DNA of 44,245 nt from Fluviibacter sp. (GCA_046093345.1 JBJTFJ010000149.1:1-44245), one strand, 5' to 3'. Positions 10,457-22,300 are shown, numbered from the stretch's first letter. The notes: generated by a model from the sequence alone, not told the origin. Numbers and translations: made by a program.

Positions 10457-11689
10457 ATGTCATTGCCCCCCATCATCCAGCCAGCCTCGCCCCGTGGGCA
10501 AGATCCCTTGCCGCAACCGGACGCCGAGGCTCAGGCGCATAGCCAGGCACTCTGCGAACGCATCCAAGCGGCTATCGATACAGCCGGGGGCTGGATTCCG
10601 TTTAGTGACTATATGGCGCTAGCGCTTTATGCACCGGGTCTGGGCTACTACAGCGGTGGTGCCCATAAATTCGGTGCAGCAGGGGACTTTGTTACCGGCC
10701 CGGAAATGACCCCGCTCTTTGGCCGCACGCTCGCCAACACCATCGCTCCCATCCTCGCAGCCAGCAAACCCCACGTTACCGAAGCGGGTGCCGGTACCGG
10801 CAAACTGGCGGGAGACTTACTGCAAGCGCTAGAAGCCATCGGCCAATTGCCCGAACGCTACGACATTCTGGAACTCTCGGCCGATCTGGCCGAACGCCAA
10901 CGCCAGCATCTGCAAGCCACCGTCCCACACCTCATGGATCGCATCCAGTGGCTGAGCAGCCTGCCCGACAGCATTGAAGGCGTGCTCGTCGGTAACGAAG
11001 TGCTCGACGCCATGCCCGTAGAGCTGGTGCACTGGAAAGACGGCCATGGCCAACGCCTGGGTGTTAGCGTAGAAACCATTGATGATGGCATCCGCTTCAT
11101 CACCACCCCCGGCCATACCAGTCCGGAACGGGCCGAGCACATCCGTGCCCTCGCCAGTAAATACGAGTGGCCTAATGACTACACCACCGAAATACCAGAG
11201 GCTGGCCCCGCCTGGATTACCACGCTAGCGCAGCGCCTGAAGCAGGGGGCCTTACTGCTCATTGATTACGGCTTTCCCCGTCACGAGTTCTACCACCACG
11301 AACGCACCGGCGGCACACTGATGTGCCACTACCGCCACCGCGCTCATCCCGACCCGTTCTATTGGCCGGGCCTACAGGACATTACCGCCCACGTAGACTT
11401 TACCGCCATTGCCGAAGCGGGTTTTGATGCCGGGCTTGAGGTAACGGGTTACTGCACCCAGGCGGGCTGGCTCATGGATGCCGGCTTGCTCGATCTGCTC
11501 GCTGCCGAACAACCGGCGGATCCCTCACAAATGACGCCGGCATCAGTGCGCACTCAACATGCCGTACAAACGCTGCTCTCTCCGGCAGAAATGGGTGAGT
11601 TTTTCAAAGTGATACTGCTCACCAAAGCACTACCGGATTCACTGCGCATCCCCGGGTTTATTCGCAGCGACCGTTCACATACGCTTTAA
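10457..11689 (+). CDS. Class I SAM-dependent methyltransferase, MidA/NDUFAF7 family
   Basis: YMALALYAPGLGYY, GDFVTGPE, EAGAGTG, NEVLDAMP, IDYG, QDITAHVDF and MGEFFKV motifs. Confidence 0.9.
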   Translation: MSLPPIIQPASPRGQDPLPQPDAEAQAHSQALCERIQAAIDTAGGWIPFSDYMALALYAPGLGYYSGGAHKFGAAGDFVTGPEMTPLFGRTLANTIAPILAASKPHVTEAGAGTGKLAGDLLQALEAIGQLPERYDILELSADLAERQRQHLQATVPHLMDRIQWLSSLPDSIEGVLVGNEVLDAMPVELVHWKDGHGQRLGVSVETIDDGIRFITTPGHTSPERAEHIRALASKYEWPNDYTTEIPEAGPAWITTLAQRLKQGALLLIDYGFPRHEFYHHERTGGTLMCHYRHRAHPDPFYWPGLQDITAHVDFTAIAEAGFDAGLEVTGYCTQAGWLMDAGLLDLLAAEQPADPSQMTPASVRTQHAVQTLLSPAEMGEFFKVILLTKALPDSLRIPGFIRSDRSHTL

Positions 11690-11692
11690 GCT

Positions 11693-12517
11693 TTAGCGTG
11701 TCTTTTTACCTGCAGGCGCATCCGGTACCACAGCCACCAGCCAATCATTGAGCACGCTGGCCACGTGTTCCCAATCACGTTCCAGCATGATGCCGTGGCC
11801 CATGCCCGGGAAGATCACAGGTTCAACGCCATAGGCTTCAGCAGTGGCGCGCACCTGATTCGCCGGGATGAGGTGATCAAGCTCTGCACCCATGACCAGC
11901 TTAGGGCCCGGCTTGAGCTTGTCCGGGTTGATCAAGTTGAACATGGTCATATCCCAAATGGCACGCTGCGATTCCATTTGCGAGAGCATGAGGTAACGCT
12001 GCAGATCGGTCATGGATGCTGGCTGGGCAAACAAGGCATCTTTGAGTGAATCGATATCAACCGGGCCGCCTGTCATTAACTGGGATAGTCCACCCATCAG
12101 ATCGGGGTGCGACCACATCATCGATAACGAACTCGCCAGCAACCCCTTCGGCGGTACGGAACACATGAGCACACCGGCAGGGAAGGCTTGCTTCTCAAGG
12201 CACTTCTGCACCACGAAACCACCCATCGAGTGACCGATCAACACGGGCAGTTCGCCGAGCTCTTCGACCACTTGCATCACGTCAGCAACGTAATGGTCAA
12301 TGCCCCAATTCCCGAGCTGCTCTAAGCCTTCACTGCCACCATGGCCACGCAGCGAGATGGCATGCGCAGGCCAACCGCGTTCTGCAAACCAATCCAGAAA
12401 ATGCTCCGACCAGCACCAGGCCGCGGTAAAGGCGCCGTGCACAAACAGTAACGGTGTGCGGCGCTTGCCCTTGCTGGGGTAGCGGCTAATAACTTCGAGT
12501 GACAATGCGTCGGACAA
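11693..12517 (-). CDS. Alpha/beta fold hydrolase
   Basis: FVHGA oxyanion motif, GHSMG nucleophile, and Asp/His (MGH). TTG start inferred from a GAGG RBS just after the cca stop. Confidence 0.85.
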   Translation of the reverse strand: MSDALSLEVISRYPSKGKRRTPLLFVHGAFTAAWCWSEHFLDWFAERGWPAHAISLRGHGGSEGLEQLGNWGIDHYVADVMQVVEELGELPVLIGHSMGGFVVQKCLEKQAFPAGVLMCSVPPKGLLASSLSMMWSHPDLMGGLSQLMTGGPVDIDSLKDALFAQPASMTDLQRYLMLSQMESQRAIWDMTMFNLINPDKLKPGPKLVMGAELDHLIPANQVRATAEAYGVEPVIFPGMGHGIMLERDWEHVASVLNDWLVAVVPDAPAGKKTR

Positions 12518-12527
12518 TGGGTTTACC

Positions 12528-13598
12528 TCAGGCAATATTCTGTATGGCTTCGATACGCGCATCGCGTATACGGGTAGCAATGTGTTCTTGTGTGCGCACA
12601 GCCAGCGCAATGGCTCCGGCATCGACACCGGCAGCAGCAGCCAGTGTTTTTAACCAGCGCTCCGCCAGTGATGCATCGGCACCCAGGCACGGCAACGCGC
12701 TGAGCAAGTCTTTGAAACGATCGGTACGACGTAAGGCATCGCACCGTTCTAGCGTGTTCAGTTGGTCTTCTGCGCTAAGTGCGTTGAATGTGAGTAGCGT
12801 GTTTTTATGGCGCACCAGCAACAGGGCCATGTCTTTACAATCGGTAGGCAGACGCAAGGCGTTGACTAGGGCGCTTACTTGTTGCTCGGTGCAAGCTGAA
12901 AGCCAGAGCGCCACGCGCACCGGTAACGATAGGGCTTTGTGTGCAGCGCAGGCCAGCAGACCTGCAGGTGGCAGCACGCCGGCAAAAAGGTCGGACGCAG
13001 CGCCACAACTTTCCAGCACCGCGAACATGCGTTCGGGTTGCTCGGCGACCAAGCCACGTGACACTTCCTGCCAAACACGTTCGGCAACCAGATGCTTGGC
13101 TTCGCCCGATTGCACCATACGCTGAATAAGCGTTTGCGTTTCCGGCGCTACGCTAAATTGCGGAAAGCGCGCCGCAAAGCGTGCAAGTCGCAAAATGCGT
13201 ACCGGGTCTTCAGCAAAAGCGTCACTCACGTGGCGCAGTATTTTGGCTTGCAGATCTTGCTGACCGCCATAGGGATCAATCACCATGCCGCTGGCATCTT
13301 CGGCCATGGCGTTGATGGTGAGATCACGACGGATGAGGTCTTCTTCCAGCGTAACGTCTGGCGCGGCATAGCAACTGAAGCCATGATAGCCGTGGCCGGT
13401 TTTACGCTCGGTGCGCGCTAACGCATATTCTTCATGCGTTTTAGGATGCAGGAATACGGGGAAGTCTTTGCCAACGGGCTGGTAGCCCGCTGCAATCATT
13501 TCATCGGGAGAACCGCCGACAACCACGTAGTCACGATCGCCAGGGGTAAGCCCAAGCAGGCGATCGCGTACCGCACCACCGACCACATAGATTTTCAC
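12528..13598 (-). CDS. cca: CCA tRNA nucleotidyltransferase (short form, HD domain not recognisable)
   Basis: [33 protein letters not shown] and EDPVRILR motifs. Confidence 0.93.
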   Translation of the reverse strand: MKIYVVGGAVRDRLLGLTPGDRDYVVVGGSPDEMIAAGYQPVGKDFPVFLHPKTHEEYALARTERKTGHGYHGFSCYAAPDVTLEEDLIRRDLTINAMAEDASGMVIDPYGGQQDLQAKILRHVSDAFAEDPVRILRLARFAARFPQFSVAPETQTLIQRMVQSGEAKHLVAERVWQEVSRGLVAEQPERMFAVLESCGAASDLFAGVLPPAGLLACAAHKALSLPVRVALWLSACTEQQVSALVNALRLPTDCKDMALLLVRHKNTLLTFNALSAEDQLNTLERCDALRRTDRFKDLLSALPCLGADASLAERWLKTLAAAAGVDAGAIALAVRTQEHIATRIRDARIEAIQNIA

Positions 13599-13638
13599 GA
13601 CGAGAGACCCTCAGCCGTGGTGCGGTTGTGTAAAACGC

Positions 13639-14598
13639 TTAACGACCGGCGCGACTGCGGTATTCGGCAAGCTGTGCTGCATCACCGCTATCGAGCAGAT
13701 ACAACGGCGCAACGGCTTCCAGTGGCTGCGGATTCCAGCCTGCTGGTGCTTTGCAATCCGGCGTCCATACACTGTCGACTTCCATCGAGCGCAGGTTGTC
13801 TTGCGAGATCATCGGGTTTGGCAGCAGCGACAGGAAGCCCGCTTGTACATAGGCCAGGCTTTCTGGAAGCGCAATGATCTTACGCTTGAAGCCGATAACT
13901 TCACCGGTATAGGCAACGAGTTCTTTGAGTGTGTAGACCTTTGGACCACACAGATCAAAAGTCTGATTCTCCATGCTAGGGCTAGTCAGCGCTTGCACAA
14001 AAGCATTAGCAACGTCATTCACTGCGACTGGCTGGAAACGTGCACCGGCTGAAGCCAGTGGCAGAATCGGGAACATGCGCAGCAATTTGGCGAAGGTATT
14101 CAGGAACGCATCGCGCATGCCAAAAATAACCGACGGACGGAAAATGGTGGTGGTCAAACCGGATTCGTTAATCACGGCTTCGCCGGCAGCTTTAGAACGC
14201 AGATATTCGGATGGTGCACGATTGCTGGCGTGCAGGGCGCTCATATGCACCAGGTGCTTTACGCCCGCCGCTTTACAGGCAGCCACGATTCTCTTTGGCA
14301 GCTCAACGTGCGCAGCCGCAAATTCTTTACCGAAGGGAATAGCCGGCGTAGCGCCATGGAGAATGCCCACAAGGTTGATCACAGCATCTTTACCGGTGGC
14401 CAGATGTTCAAGGACGCCCGCTTCATTGATGTCGGCTTCAACCAGAATCACGCTTGGCAACATCGTGATGTCTCTGTTCTTTTCGTAGCGACGGGTCGGG
14501 ATGGTGACTTGTACACCTGCCTCGACCAGCGCACGGGCCAGATGACGGCCAACAAAACCGGTGCCACCAATGAGGAGAATTTTGTGGTTCTTCAGCAT
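13639..14598 (-). CDS. NAD-dependent epimerase/dehydratase, complex I NDUFA9-like
   Basis: GGTGFVG, VINLVGIL, YLRSK and RPSVIFG motifs; sits between slt and cca. Confidence 0.85.
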   Translation of the reverse strand: MLKNHKILLIGGTGFVGRHLARALVEAGVQVTIPTRRYEKNRDITMLPSVILVEADINEAGVLEHLATGKDAVINLVGILHGATPAIPFGKEFAAAHVELPKRIVAACKAAGVKHLVHMSALHASNRAPSEYLRSKAAGEAVINESGLTTTIFRPSVIFGMRDAFLNTFAKLLRMFPILPLASAGARFQPVAVNDVANAFVQALTSPSMENQTFDLCGPKVYTLKELVAYTGEVIGFKRKIIALPESLAYVQAGFLSLLPNPMISQDNLRSMEVDSVWTPDCKAPAGWNPQPLEAVAPLYLLDSGDAAQLAEYRSRAGR

Positions 14599-14661
14599 GA
14601 GTCTTCCTTGGTCGATCGTCTGATCAATAGTTAATCGCTAATTTCAGCATTTTATGTCATT

Positions 14662-16608
14662 TCAAGGCAGTTCTGGCGCTGAATCGCCTTTGCTGCTCTT
14701 CGGCGCAATGGTGCCGAGCATGACTTTGAGTGACGGCGAATTGCCGGTCATGACGGTCTGGTAGAACACGGCGTTGCTCATCACCTTCTTCACGTAGTCC
14801 CGGGTTTCGGAAAAGGGGATCGTTTCGGCATAGATGGCACCTTCCAATGGCTTTACATCGCGCCATTTACGCGCACGACCGGGGCCGGCGTTATAGGCAG
14901 CCGAGGCAAGTACCGGGTGGTTATCCAGACTTTCCAGCACCAGGCGCATATACGTGGTGCCGAGCATAACATTGGTATCTGGGTCGTGTAGATCGCCCGG
15001 GCCGAGTTTCACGCCGATCTTGTTGGCCACCCATTTGCCCGTAGATGGCATCACCTGCATCAGGCCAGCAGCACCCACATTGGATTTGGCGTTGGTCACG
15101 AAACGGCTTTCCTGACGCATCAGGCCGTAGACCCAGGCTTTATCCAGGTTCTGCCGATCAGAATGCGGCACGATCTTGTCGGAATGCGGGGTCGGAAAGC
15201 GTAATTTGTAGTTATGTTCGTCTTTCGTGCGGTCTGCTGCACTGATCGAGCGGTCAATGATCTGATTGCGCTGGGCGATTTCGGCAGCGGCCAACAGCTG
15301 GCGGTCGTTCATGCCGCGCAATGCCCAGCTCCATTCTTTGACCCCTTCGGGGCGCAGATCCAGGCGATACATGGCCAGCGCCCGTCGAATACCTGGCTGG
15401 CGTTCTACCTGACGGATTTCATCGGTGGTGGCGGGTGATGCCTGCGTCGGCAGCTTGGCCCGACCGCCCAATTCTTCGGTAGCGAGTACGCCATAGAAGT
15501 TAGGTTGTCCGGCGATCTTTTTGAACTGATCTTCAGCAGCGCTATCGCGACCCTGAGCCTTGAATGCACGGCCTAACCAATAAACCCATTCTGGCGAATT
15601 GATCATGGGTTCTGGCATGGCCTCGATATCTTTACGCACCAGGCTCCAATCCTGCGCACGCAATGCCACGCGTATACGCCATGCCATGGCATCTTCTGGC
15701 AACAGCACCGTGCCACTGCGTTTTACCGCATCAAGCGCTTCGGGGCTTTGCTGAATCCCTAACTGCCAACCAATGATCCCCCAGACGTATTCCTGCTGTG
15801 CCTTATCTAGGTTGCCGCCATAGCGCTTGAGCGCCGGCACGGCGCTGCCCGGCTCGTTGCGCGCCATGCGTACCAGCGCCAGCGTAGCGAGTTCTTTTTG
15901 GGTGTCGTCGTTCGGCGTCCCCATGCGCTCCAGATAAATGACGGGGCGACTCAGCACGGCATCGAGCCCACCGGCGGCATCGTTCACGTTAACGCGCATA
16001 ACGCTCAACGTCTGGCGTGCCTGATTCAACTTGTTCATGGCCACCTGACGACGGGCACGCGCCCAACCATCGCTGGCTTTGAGTGAACCATTTGCCCATA
16101 GGGTATCGAACAGACCCTGACAGGCATCCGGCGAATCCACACCCGTGGTCCACAAAACATTACCCTGATCGCGGGCAGCGCTATCACCGTTGTTTACACG
16201 CGGTTGCAGTGCATAACACTGCACATCCGGCTCTGGCTGCAGCATCAACTCGCCCTGCTGCGCGACCAGCGTCCAATTACCCTGTTTGGCCTGCGCACGG
16301 ATCCAGTCTGCGCGCAGCAACTCTGCAGGGCGTTCTCCATCGTACTTTTTAAGAAATGCGCGAATTTCAGAACTATCAGTAGAAAGCTGCGGCTTAAGCA
16401 TCCATGACTCTACGTAAGGCGCTAGTTCATGTTGTTTGAGCTGTGGATACAGTTGCTCTACCTTGCCTAGCTGCCCATTTTTAACCGCATCCCGCGCGCT
16501 GAGATAAGTCGCATCCTGCGCCATGGCGTTAATGCCAATAGCCAGCAGGCTCAAGGCCAGCCCGCGTTTCAAGGTGTCGGATACAGCAGGAAAAGCAAAG
16601 GTCATCAT
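14662..16608 (-). CDS. slt: Soluble lytic murein transglycosylase (Slt70 family)
   Basis: Signal peptide, helical U/L domain, and catalytic RQES, GLMQ, AYNAG and ETRDYV motifs. Start is uncertain. Confidence 0.9.
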   Translation of the reverse strand: MMTFAFPAVSDTLKRGLALSLLAIGINAMAQDATYLSARDAVKNGQLGKVEQLYPQLKQHELAPYVESWMLKPQLSTDSSEIRAFLKKYDGERPAELLRADWIRAQAKQGNWTLVAQQGELMLQPEPDVQCYALQPRVNNGDSAARDQGNVLWTTGVDSPDACQGLFDTLWANGSLKASDGWARARRQVAMNKLNQARQTLSVMRVNVNDAAGGLDAVLSRPVIYLERMGTPNDDTQKELATLALVRMARNEPGSAVPALKRYGGNLDKAQQEYVWGIIGWQLGIQQSPEALDAVKRSGTVLLPEDAMAWRIRVALRAQDWSLVRKDIEAMPEPMINSPEWVYWLGRAFKAQGRDSAAEDQFKKIAGQPNFYGVLATEELGGRAKLPTQASPATTDEIRQVERQPGIRRALAMYRLDLRPEGVKEWSWALRGMNDRQLLAAAEIAQRNQIIDRSISAADRTKDEHNYKLRFPTPHSDKIVPHSDRQNLDKAWVYGLMRQESRFVTNAKSNVGAAGLMQVMPSTGKWVANKIGVKLGPGDLHDPDTNVMLGTTYMRLVLESLDNHPVLASAAYNAGPGRARKWRDVKPLEGAIYAETIPFSETRDYVKKVMSNAVFYQTVMTGNSPSLKVMLGTIAPKSSKGDSAPELP

Positions 16609-16656
16609 TAGAGCCAGAGAAGTAAATTCGATCAGCAGTGTGCTAGTGTCCGACTT

Positions 16657-17229
16657 ATGTCGACACACACGGATGAAAAATTCTATCGCAGTACGTTGCG
16701 TACGCGCATGAAAGCGTGGCGCCGTCAGTTAGCTGCCCAGGATCATGCCGACTTCAGCCGCAAGATCTGCGACATTCTGGAAGAGCATTTTCATCCGGCA
16801 CCGTCCCCTTTTGCCTTTTATTACCCGATCACCAAAGAACCCGACATTCAGCCTCTGATGCACGAATGGTATGCCGCAGGGGTAGCCGTTTGTCTGCCAC
16901 GCGTGGTGACTGCCTGTGAACCGCTTGAGTTTTATCTGTGGCAACCGAATGTGCGGCTTACTATGGATGAAGCAGGTATTTTTGCCCCACCGGCCAACCC
17001 GGCTACGCGTGTGGTACCCAAGCAGATTTTTGTTCCGTGCTTGGGGCTAGACCAAGCAGGTTACCGGCTGGGCTATGGCGGCGGTTATTACGACCGCACT
17101 TTACCGTTGATATCTGGTGTAAAAACGATTGGCGTGTTGTTTTCCGGACAGCTACTCGACGACATAAGTCCTCAGGCACACGATGTGCCTCTGGATGGCT
17201 GGATTACCGAAAAGGGGCTGGTGCTTTAA
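16657..17229 (+). CDS. 5-formyltetrahydrofolate cyclo-ligase
   Basis: EPD, CLPR, VPCLG.D..GYRLGYGGGYYDRTL and HDVPLD..ITE motifs. Confidence 0.92.
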   Translation: MSTHTDEKFYRSTLRTRMKAWRRQLAAQDHADFSRKICDILEEHFHPAPSPFAFYYPITKEPDIQPLMHEWYAAGVAVCLPRVVTACEPLEFYLWQPNVRLTMDEAGIFAPPANPATRVVPKQIFVPCLGLDQAGYRLGYGGGYYDRTLPLISGVKTIGVLFSGQLLDDISPQAHDVPLDGWITEKGLVL

Positions 17230-17507
17230 GCGGCTGCCGGCTGTTTAAGCACCATGCCGGTAAGCACATAAAGCAGGACGGCCTGACCTAGGCCAAATAG
17301 CGCGTCGGATTGATCGTACATGGTGGTCTGCACGGTAAAGAATGCCGTATTGAGCGTCCGATCAAAAGCCACCACCAGTAGCAGTGCCAACCAGAAACGC
17401 ACACCACCCACGCCACCCGAACCCGGCACCCGTGGCAATAGGCGACAGAGCGCCCAGCCCATCAGCACTAAAGAACCGGCCAGCATATAAACGGTGAGGT
17501 CGAACAT
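17226..17507 (-). CDS. Small hypothetical membrane protein (about 3 TM helices)
   Basis: 93-aa ORF filling the gap downstream of ilvA, with three hydrophobic segments. Family not recognised. Confidence 0.6.
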   Translation of the reverse strand: MFDLTVYMLAGSLVLMGWALCRLLPRVPGSGGVGGVRFWLALLLVVAFDRTLNTAFFTVQTTMYDQSDALFGLGQAVLLYVLTGMVLKQPAAA

Positions 17508-17522
17508 CTTGGCTACAAGCTA

Positions 17523-19070
17523 TTAAGCAAGGAACAAACGATAAGCCGGATTCTCGCGTTCGTCACGGAACGGATAGCCCAGACCGGCCAGGAAGGCATC
17601 AAAGGCCACCATGTCGTTAGGTGGCACCTGGAAACCAACAAGTACGCGACCAAAGTCTGCGCCGTGGTTACGGTAATGGAAGAGGCTGATGTTCCAGCCC
17701 GCGCTCATGTTTTCGAGGAACTTCATCAGCGCACCCGGGCGTTCCGGGAATTCAAAGCGGTAAACCAGCTCGTTAAGCGCACCGGCTGATTTAGGCGTAT
17801 GTCCACCCACCATGTAACGCACATGGAGTTTGGCCATTTCGTCATCGGTCAGATCAAGTGCAGCATAGCCTTCGGACTGGAGCTTTTCAATGAGGGCCGT
17901 GAGTTCGGCACGGTTACCGATCTGGATACCCACAAACACATGCGCGGCACCCGGATCATTGAAACGGTAATTGAATTCGGTAATGCTGCGGCTACCCAGC
18001 AGCGAAAGGAACTTACGATAACTGCCCGGTTTTTCCGGGAGAGTGACGGCCAGAATGGCTTCGCGCTGCTCGCCCAGTTCCGCACGCTCTGCCACAAAAC
18101 GCAAGCGATCAAAATTCATATTGGCGCCCGAAGCTACGGCCACCAGCGTTTTACCCTGTACCTTATTCTGGGCGGCCCAGGCCTTCATGCCGGCCACGGC
18201 CAGCGCGCCGGCTGGTTCCAACACCGAGCGGGTGTCTTCAAAAACATCCTTGATGGCAGCGCAGATGGCATCGTTATCGACGCGAACCATTTCGTCGACA
18301 TAGGTTTCGGCAATGCGGAAGCATTCGTCACCGACTTGCTTAACGGCGGCACCGTCGGCAAACAGACCCACCTGATCTAGCCGCACGCTGTGGCCAGCGG
18401 CCAGCGATTGCGTCATGGCATCGGCGTCTACAGCTTCAACACCAATGATCTTGATTTCGGGGCGCACCTGTTTAATGGCAGCAGCCACACCGGCAATGAG
18501 ACCACCACCGCCGACGCAACAGAAAATGGCATCAATCGGTTTGGGATGCTGGCGCATGATTTCCAGACCCACGGTACCCTGACCTGCGATGACATCAGGA
18601 TCATCAAAAGGGTGCACGAAGGTCAGACCTTCTTCTTTTTCTAGGCGACGCGCTTCGTTGTACGCATCATCAAAAGAATCACCAAACAGCACCACTTCGC
18701 CACCGCGCGAGCGCACGGCATTCACCTTGATGCCCGGTGTCGTCGTCGGCATAACGATGACGGCACGGCAGCCGAGCTTCTGCGCCGAGAGGGCAACGCC
18801 CTGGGCGTGATTGCCAGCTGAAGCCGCGACCACGCCACGCTTGAGCGCTTCGGGCGATAGCTTGGCCATCTTGTTATAGGCGCCACGCAGCTTGAAAGAA
18901 AACACGGGCTGCTGGTCTTCTCGCTTGAAGAACACCTCGTTACCAATGCGGCGCGACAGGTTCGGCGCAAAATCCAGCGGCGACTCAATGGCCACATCGT
19001 AGACCTCGGCCGCTTCGATGCGGCGCAGATAGTCGGTCAACGGGAAGGGCACATCTGTCTTGGCGGTCAT
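17523..19070 (-). CDS. ilvA: Threonine ammonia-lyase, biosynthetic
   Basis: SFKLRGA PLP lysine, SAGNHAQG, GGGGL and two C-terminal regulatory domains (PEKPG, PERPG). Confidence 0.97.
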   Translation of the reverse strand: MTAKTDVPFPLTDYLRRIEAAEVYDVAIESPLDFAPNLSRRIGNEVFFKREDQQPVFSFKLRGAYNKMAKLSPEALKRGVVAASAGNHAQGVALSAQKLGCRAVIVMPTTTPGIKVNAVRSRGGEVVLFGDSFDDAYNEARRLEKEEGLTFVHPFDDPDVIAGQGTVGLEIMRQHPKPIDAIFCCVGGGGLIAGVAAAIKQVRPEIKIIGVEAVDADAMTQSLAAGHSVRLDQVGLFADGAAVKQVGDECFRIAETYVDEMVRVDNDAICAAIKDVFEDTRSVLEPAGALAVAGMKAWAAQNKVQGKTLVAVASGANMNFDRLRFVAERAELGEQREAILAVTLPEKPGSYRKFLSLLGSRSITEFNYRFNDPGAAHVFVGIQIGNRAELTALIEKLQSEGYAALDLTDDEMAKLHVRYMVGGHTPKSAGALNELVYRFEFPERPGALMKFLENMSAGWNISLFHYRNHGADFGRVLVGFQVPPNDMVAFDAFLAGLGYPFRDERENPAYRLFLA

Positions 19071-19301
19071 GGCAATCAATGCTTTGAAATCGTTATAAAT
19101 ACATCGCAAAACGCTACAGCAACGCGTATTTGCATTATACCGGTGGGCGCAAAGAGCGGCAGATCGGGCGCCTTATCCGCAAAACCCCATGCAAGGCACG
19201 GTTTTATCAGGGATTTCGGCAACCGTGAAAGCCTTGTCAGACCTTCTGTTGCGCTACAATATGATGTCTGAAAGATAGCCTTTGGCCCCCATCTGAGAAT
19301 C

Positions 19302-22300
19302 ATGAACGCACGCCTTCGCGAGATCCCCTACAACTACACCTCGTACTCCGACCGGGAGATCGTGATCCGTCTACTCGGCCAGGAAAACTGGGCGATTCTG
19401 GACGCACTGCGTAGTGAACGAGTGACAGGCCGCTCGGCCCGTATGCTGTACGAAGTGCTGGGTGATATCTGGGTCGTGCAACGTAACCCGTACCTGGAAG
19501 ACGATCTGCTGCAGAATCGTCAGCGCCAAAGCGCGCTGATCTCAGCGCTGCGCCATCGCCTGGCCGAAATCGAGAAGCGTCGCGACGGTAACGAAAAGGT
19601 TGCGCAACTGCTCAAGGCCACGGGCGAGGCCATTACCCGTTTTGCCAAACACCTGGACACCAGTGCTGCGCGCCGCCGTAAAGTGCTGCGCGCGCTGACC
19701 AAGCACACCCGTAAAGACAACATCGCCTTTGATGGCCTGGCTCGCGTATCGCACGTGACCGATGCTACCGACTGGCGCGTGGAGTACCCGTTTGTGGTGC
19801 TCTACCCGGATACCGAAGAAGAAATTGGCCCACTGGTTCGCGACTGCATCAAGCTAGGCCTGACGATTATTCCACGCGGGGGCGGCACCGGTTACACCGG
19901 TGGTGCCGTACCACTGACCGCCGATTCGGTGGTGATCAATACTGAAAAACTCATCACGATTGACCCGGTTGAGTTTATGAATCTGCCGGGCGTCGATCGC
20001 CCGGTCGGCACCGTGCGCACTGGCGCCGGTGTGGTGACCAAACGTGTTTCCGAAGCGGCTGAACGCTCGGGTCTGGTGTTTGCTGTAGACCCGACATCTG
20101 CCGAAGCCTCTTGCATTGGCGGCAACATCGCCATGAACGCCGGCGGCAAGAAGGCCGTACTGTGGGGCACCGCGCTTGACAATCTAGCCTGGTGGAAGAT
20201 GGTGACGCCGGATGGCAACTGGCTGGAAGTCGAACGCCTCGACCACAACCTGGGCAAGATCCACGAGCAGGAAACCGTGCGTTTCCGTCTCACCCGTTTT
20301 GACGCCACCGGTAAAAAACACCTCGGCGAAGAAATTCTATCGATACCGGGTGCTGCCTGTCGCAAAGTCGGCCTTGGTAAAGACGTTACTGACAAGTTCC
20401 TCGGTGGTGTACCGGGCGTACAAAAAGAGGGCACCGACGGCATTATCGTGGCTGCCCGCTGGGTGCTGCACAAGATGCCAGCGCACACACGTACGGTGTG
20501 TCTGGAATTTTTTGGCCAGGTGCGCGAAGCTGTACCAGCCATTGTAGAAATTACCGATTACTTCAAACCGAATGGTGGCGGCCGCAATCTCGGCGTGCTG
20601 CTAGCCGGCCTGGAGCACTTGGACGAGCGCTATCTCAAGGCTGTCGGCTACGCGACCAAGGCCAAGCGCCACGGTCGCCCGAAAATGGTGCTGATCGGCG
20701 ACCTGGTCGGCGATGACGAACAGGCGGTGATGCAAGCGGCATCCGATGTAGTGCGCATGTGTAATCTGCGTGCGGCCGAAGGCTTTATTGCCGTGAGCCC
20801 GGAACAACGCAAAAACTTCTGGCTGGATCGTTCGCGTACTGCGGCGATCTCGAAGCATACCAACGCCTTCAAGCTCAACGAAGACGTGGTGATTCCGCTG
20901 CCGCGCATGGGTGATTACTGCGATGGCATCGAACGTATCAATATCGAACTCTCCATCGCCAACAAGCTGGAGCTGTGCGATGCACTAAGCAACTACCTGA
21001 GCGGTAACCTGACGCTAGACGCAGGCGATGCCAATGTGGGTAAAGACGTGCTTATCGGCGACCGCGCTCAACAAGCTCTGGATGCTGTGGCGCAAGTCCG
21101 CACCCGTTGGCAGTGGCTGCTTGACCATCTGGATACACCGCTGGGCGAAGCCGAAGCCTCGTTCGCCTCCCTGGGCGTAGTGGCTGGCCCGCTGGAAAAT
21201 AAGGCTGCTAACCCGGTCCTATTCCACCGCCTGCAGGATTACAGCGTGCGTGTGTCGTGGAAGCAAGAGTTGAAGCCAGCGCTGGAAAGCATTTTTGACG
21301 GTAACGTCTATCGCCCAATTCTGGATCGCATTAACGCGATTCACAAAGAAATACTACGCGGCCGTGTGTTCGTTGCGCTGCACATGCACGCGGGTGACGG
21401 TAACGTACACACGAATCTGCCGGTGAACTCGGACAACTACCAGATGCTGCAAACCGCCAACGCAGCGGTGGATCGCATCATGATTCTGGCGCGATCGCTG
21501 GATGGGGTAATCTCAGGCGAACACGGCATCGGTATTACCAAGATCGACTATCTGCAAGACGACGAGATGGCCGCGTTCTGGGCCTACAAACAAAAGGTTG
21601 ATCCAGAAGGCCACTTCAACCGCGGCAAGCTGATGCGCGGTGGTAATCTGGATATGGCATACACGCCAAGCTACAACCTGATCGGTAGCGAATCGATCGT
21701 GATGGAGCAGTCGGGCATCGGCGAAATTTCCGCGATGGTGAAAGACTGTCTGCGTTGCGGCAAGTGCAAGCCTGTGTGCTCGACCCACGTGCCACGCGCC
21801 AATCTGCTGTATTCACCGCGCAACAAGATTCTGGGCACCTCACTGCTGATCGAAGCCTTCCTGTACGAAGAGCAGACCCGTCGCGGCGTTTCGCTGGCGC
21901 ACTGGGCCGAGTTCGACGATGTAGCGGCACACTGTACGGTGTGCCACCGCTGCGAAAAACCGTGCCCGGTCGATATTGATTTCGGCGATGTCACCATCGC
22001 CATGCGTAACCTGCTGCGCAAGCAGGGCAAGCAGAAGTTCAATCTGGGTACGGCCGCGGCCATGACCTTCCTCACCATCAAGGACCCGATGTTCATCAAG
22101 GGTATCCGCGAGGTGATGATCCGCTTTGGTTATGCAGCACAGAACAAGCTGTACAAGCTGGGCAAGTCGTTACACCTGATTCAGGATCAGGTGGCGCACC
22201 CGCCGGCCACGGTACACAAGCCTGCCGTACGTACGCAGATCATTAACTTCATCAATAAGCCCATGCCGGGCAACCTGCCCAAGCGTTCGGCACGTGCCTT

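Noticed and set aside
16609-16656. 6S RNA (ssrS), often found upstream of 5-formyl-THF cyclo-ligase
   Set aside because: The gap to the divergent slt is only about 50 bp, too small for a roughly 180-nt RNA.
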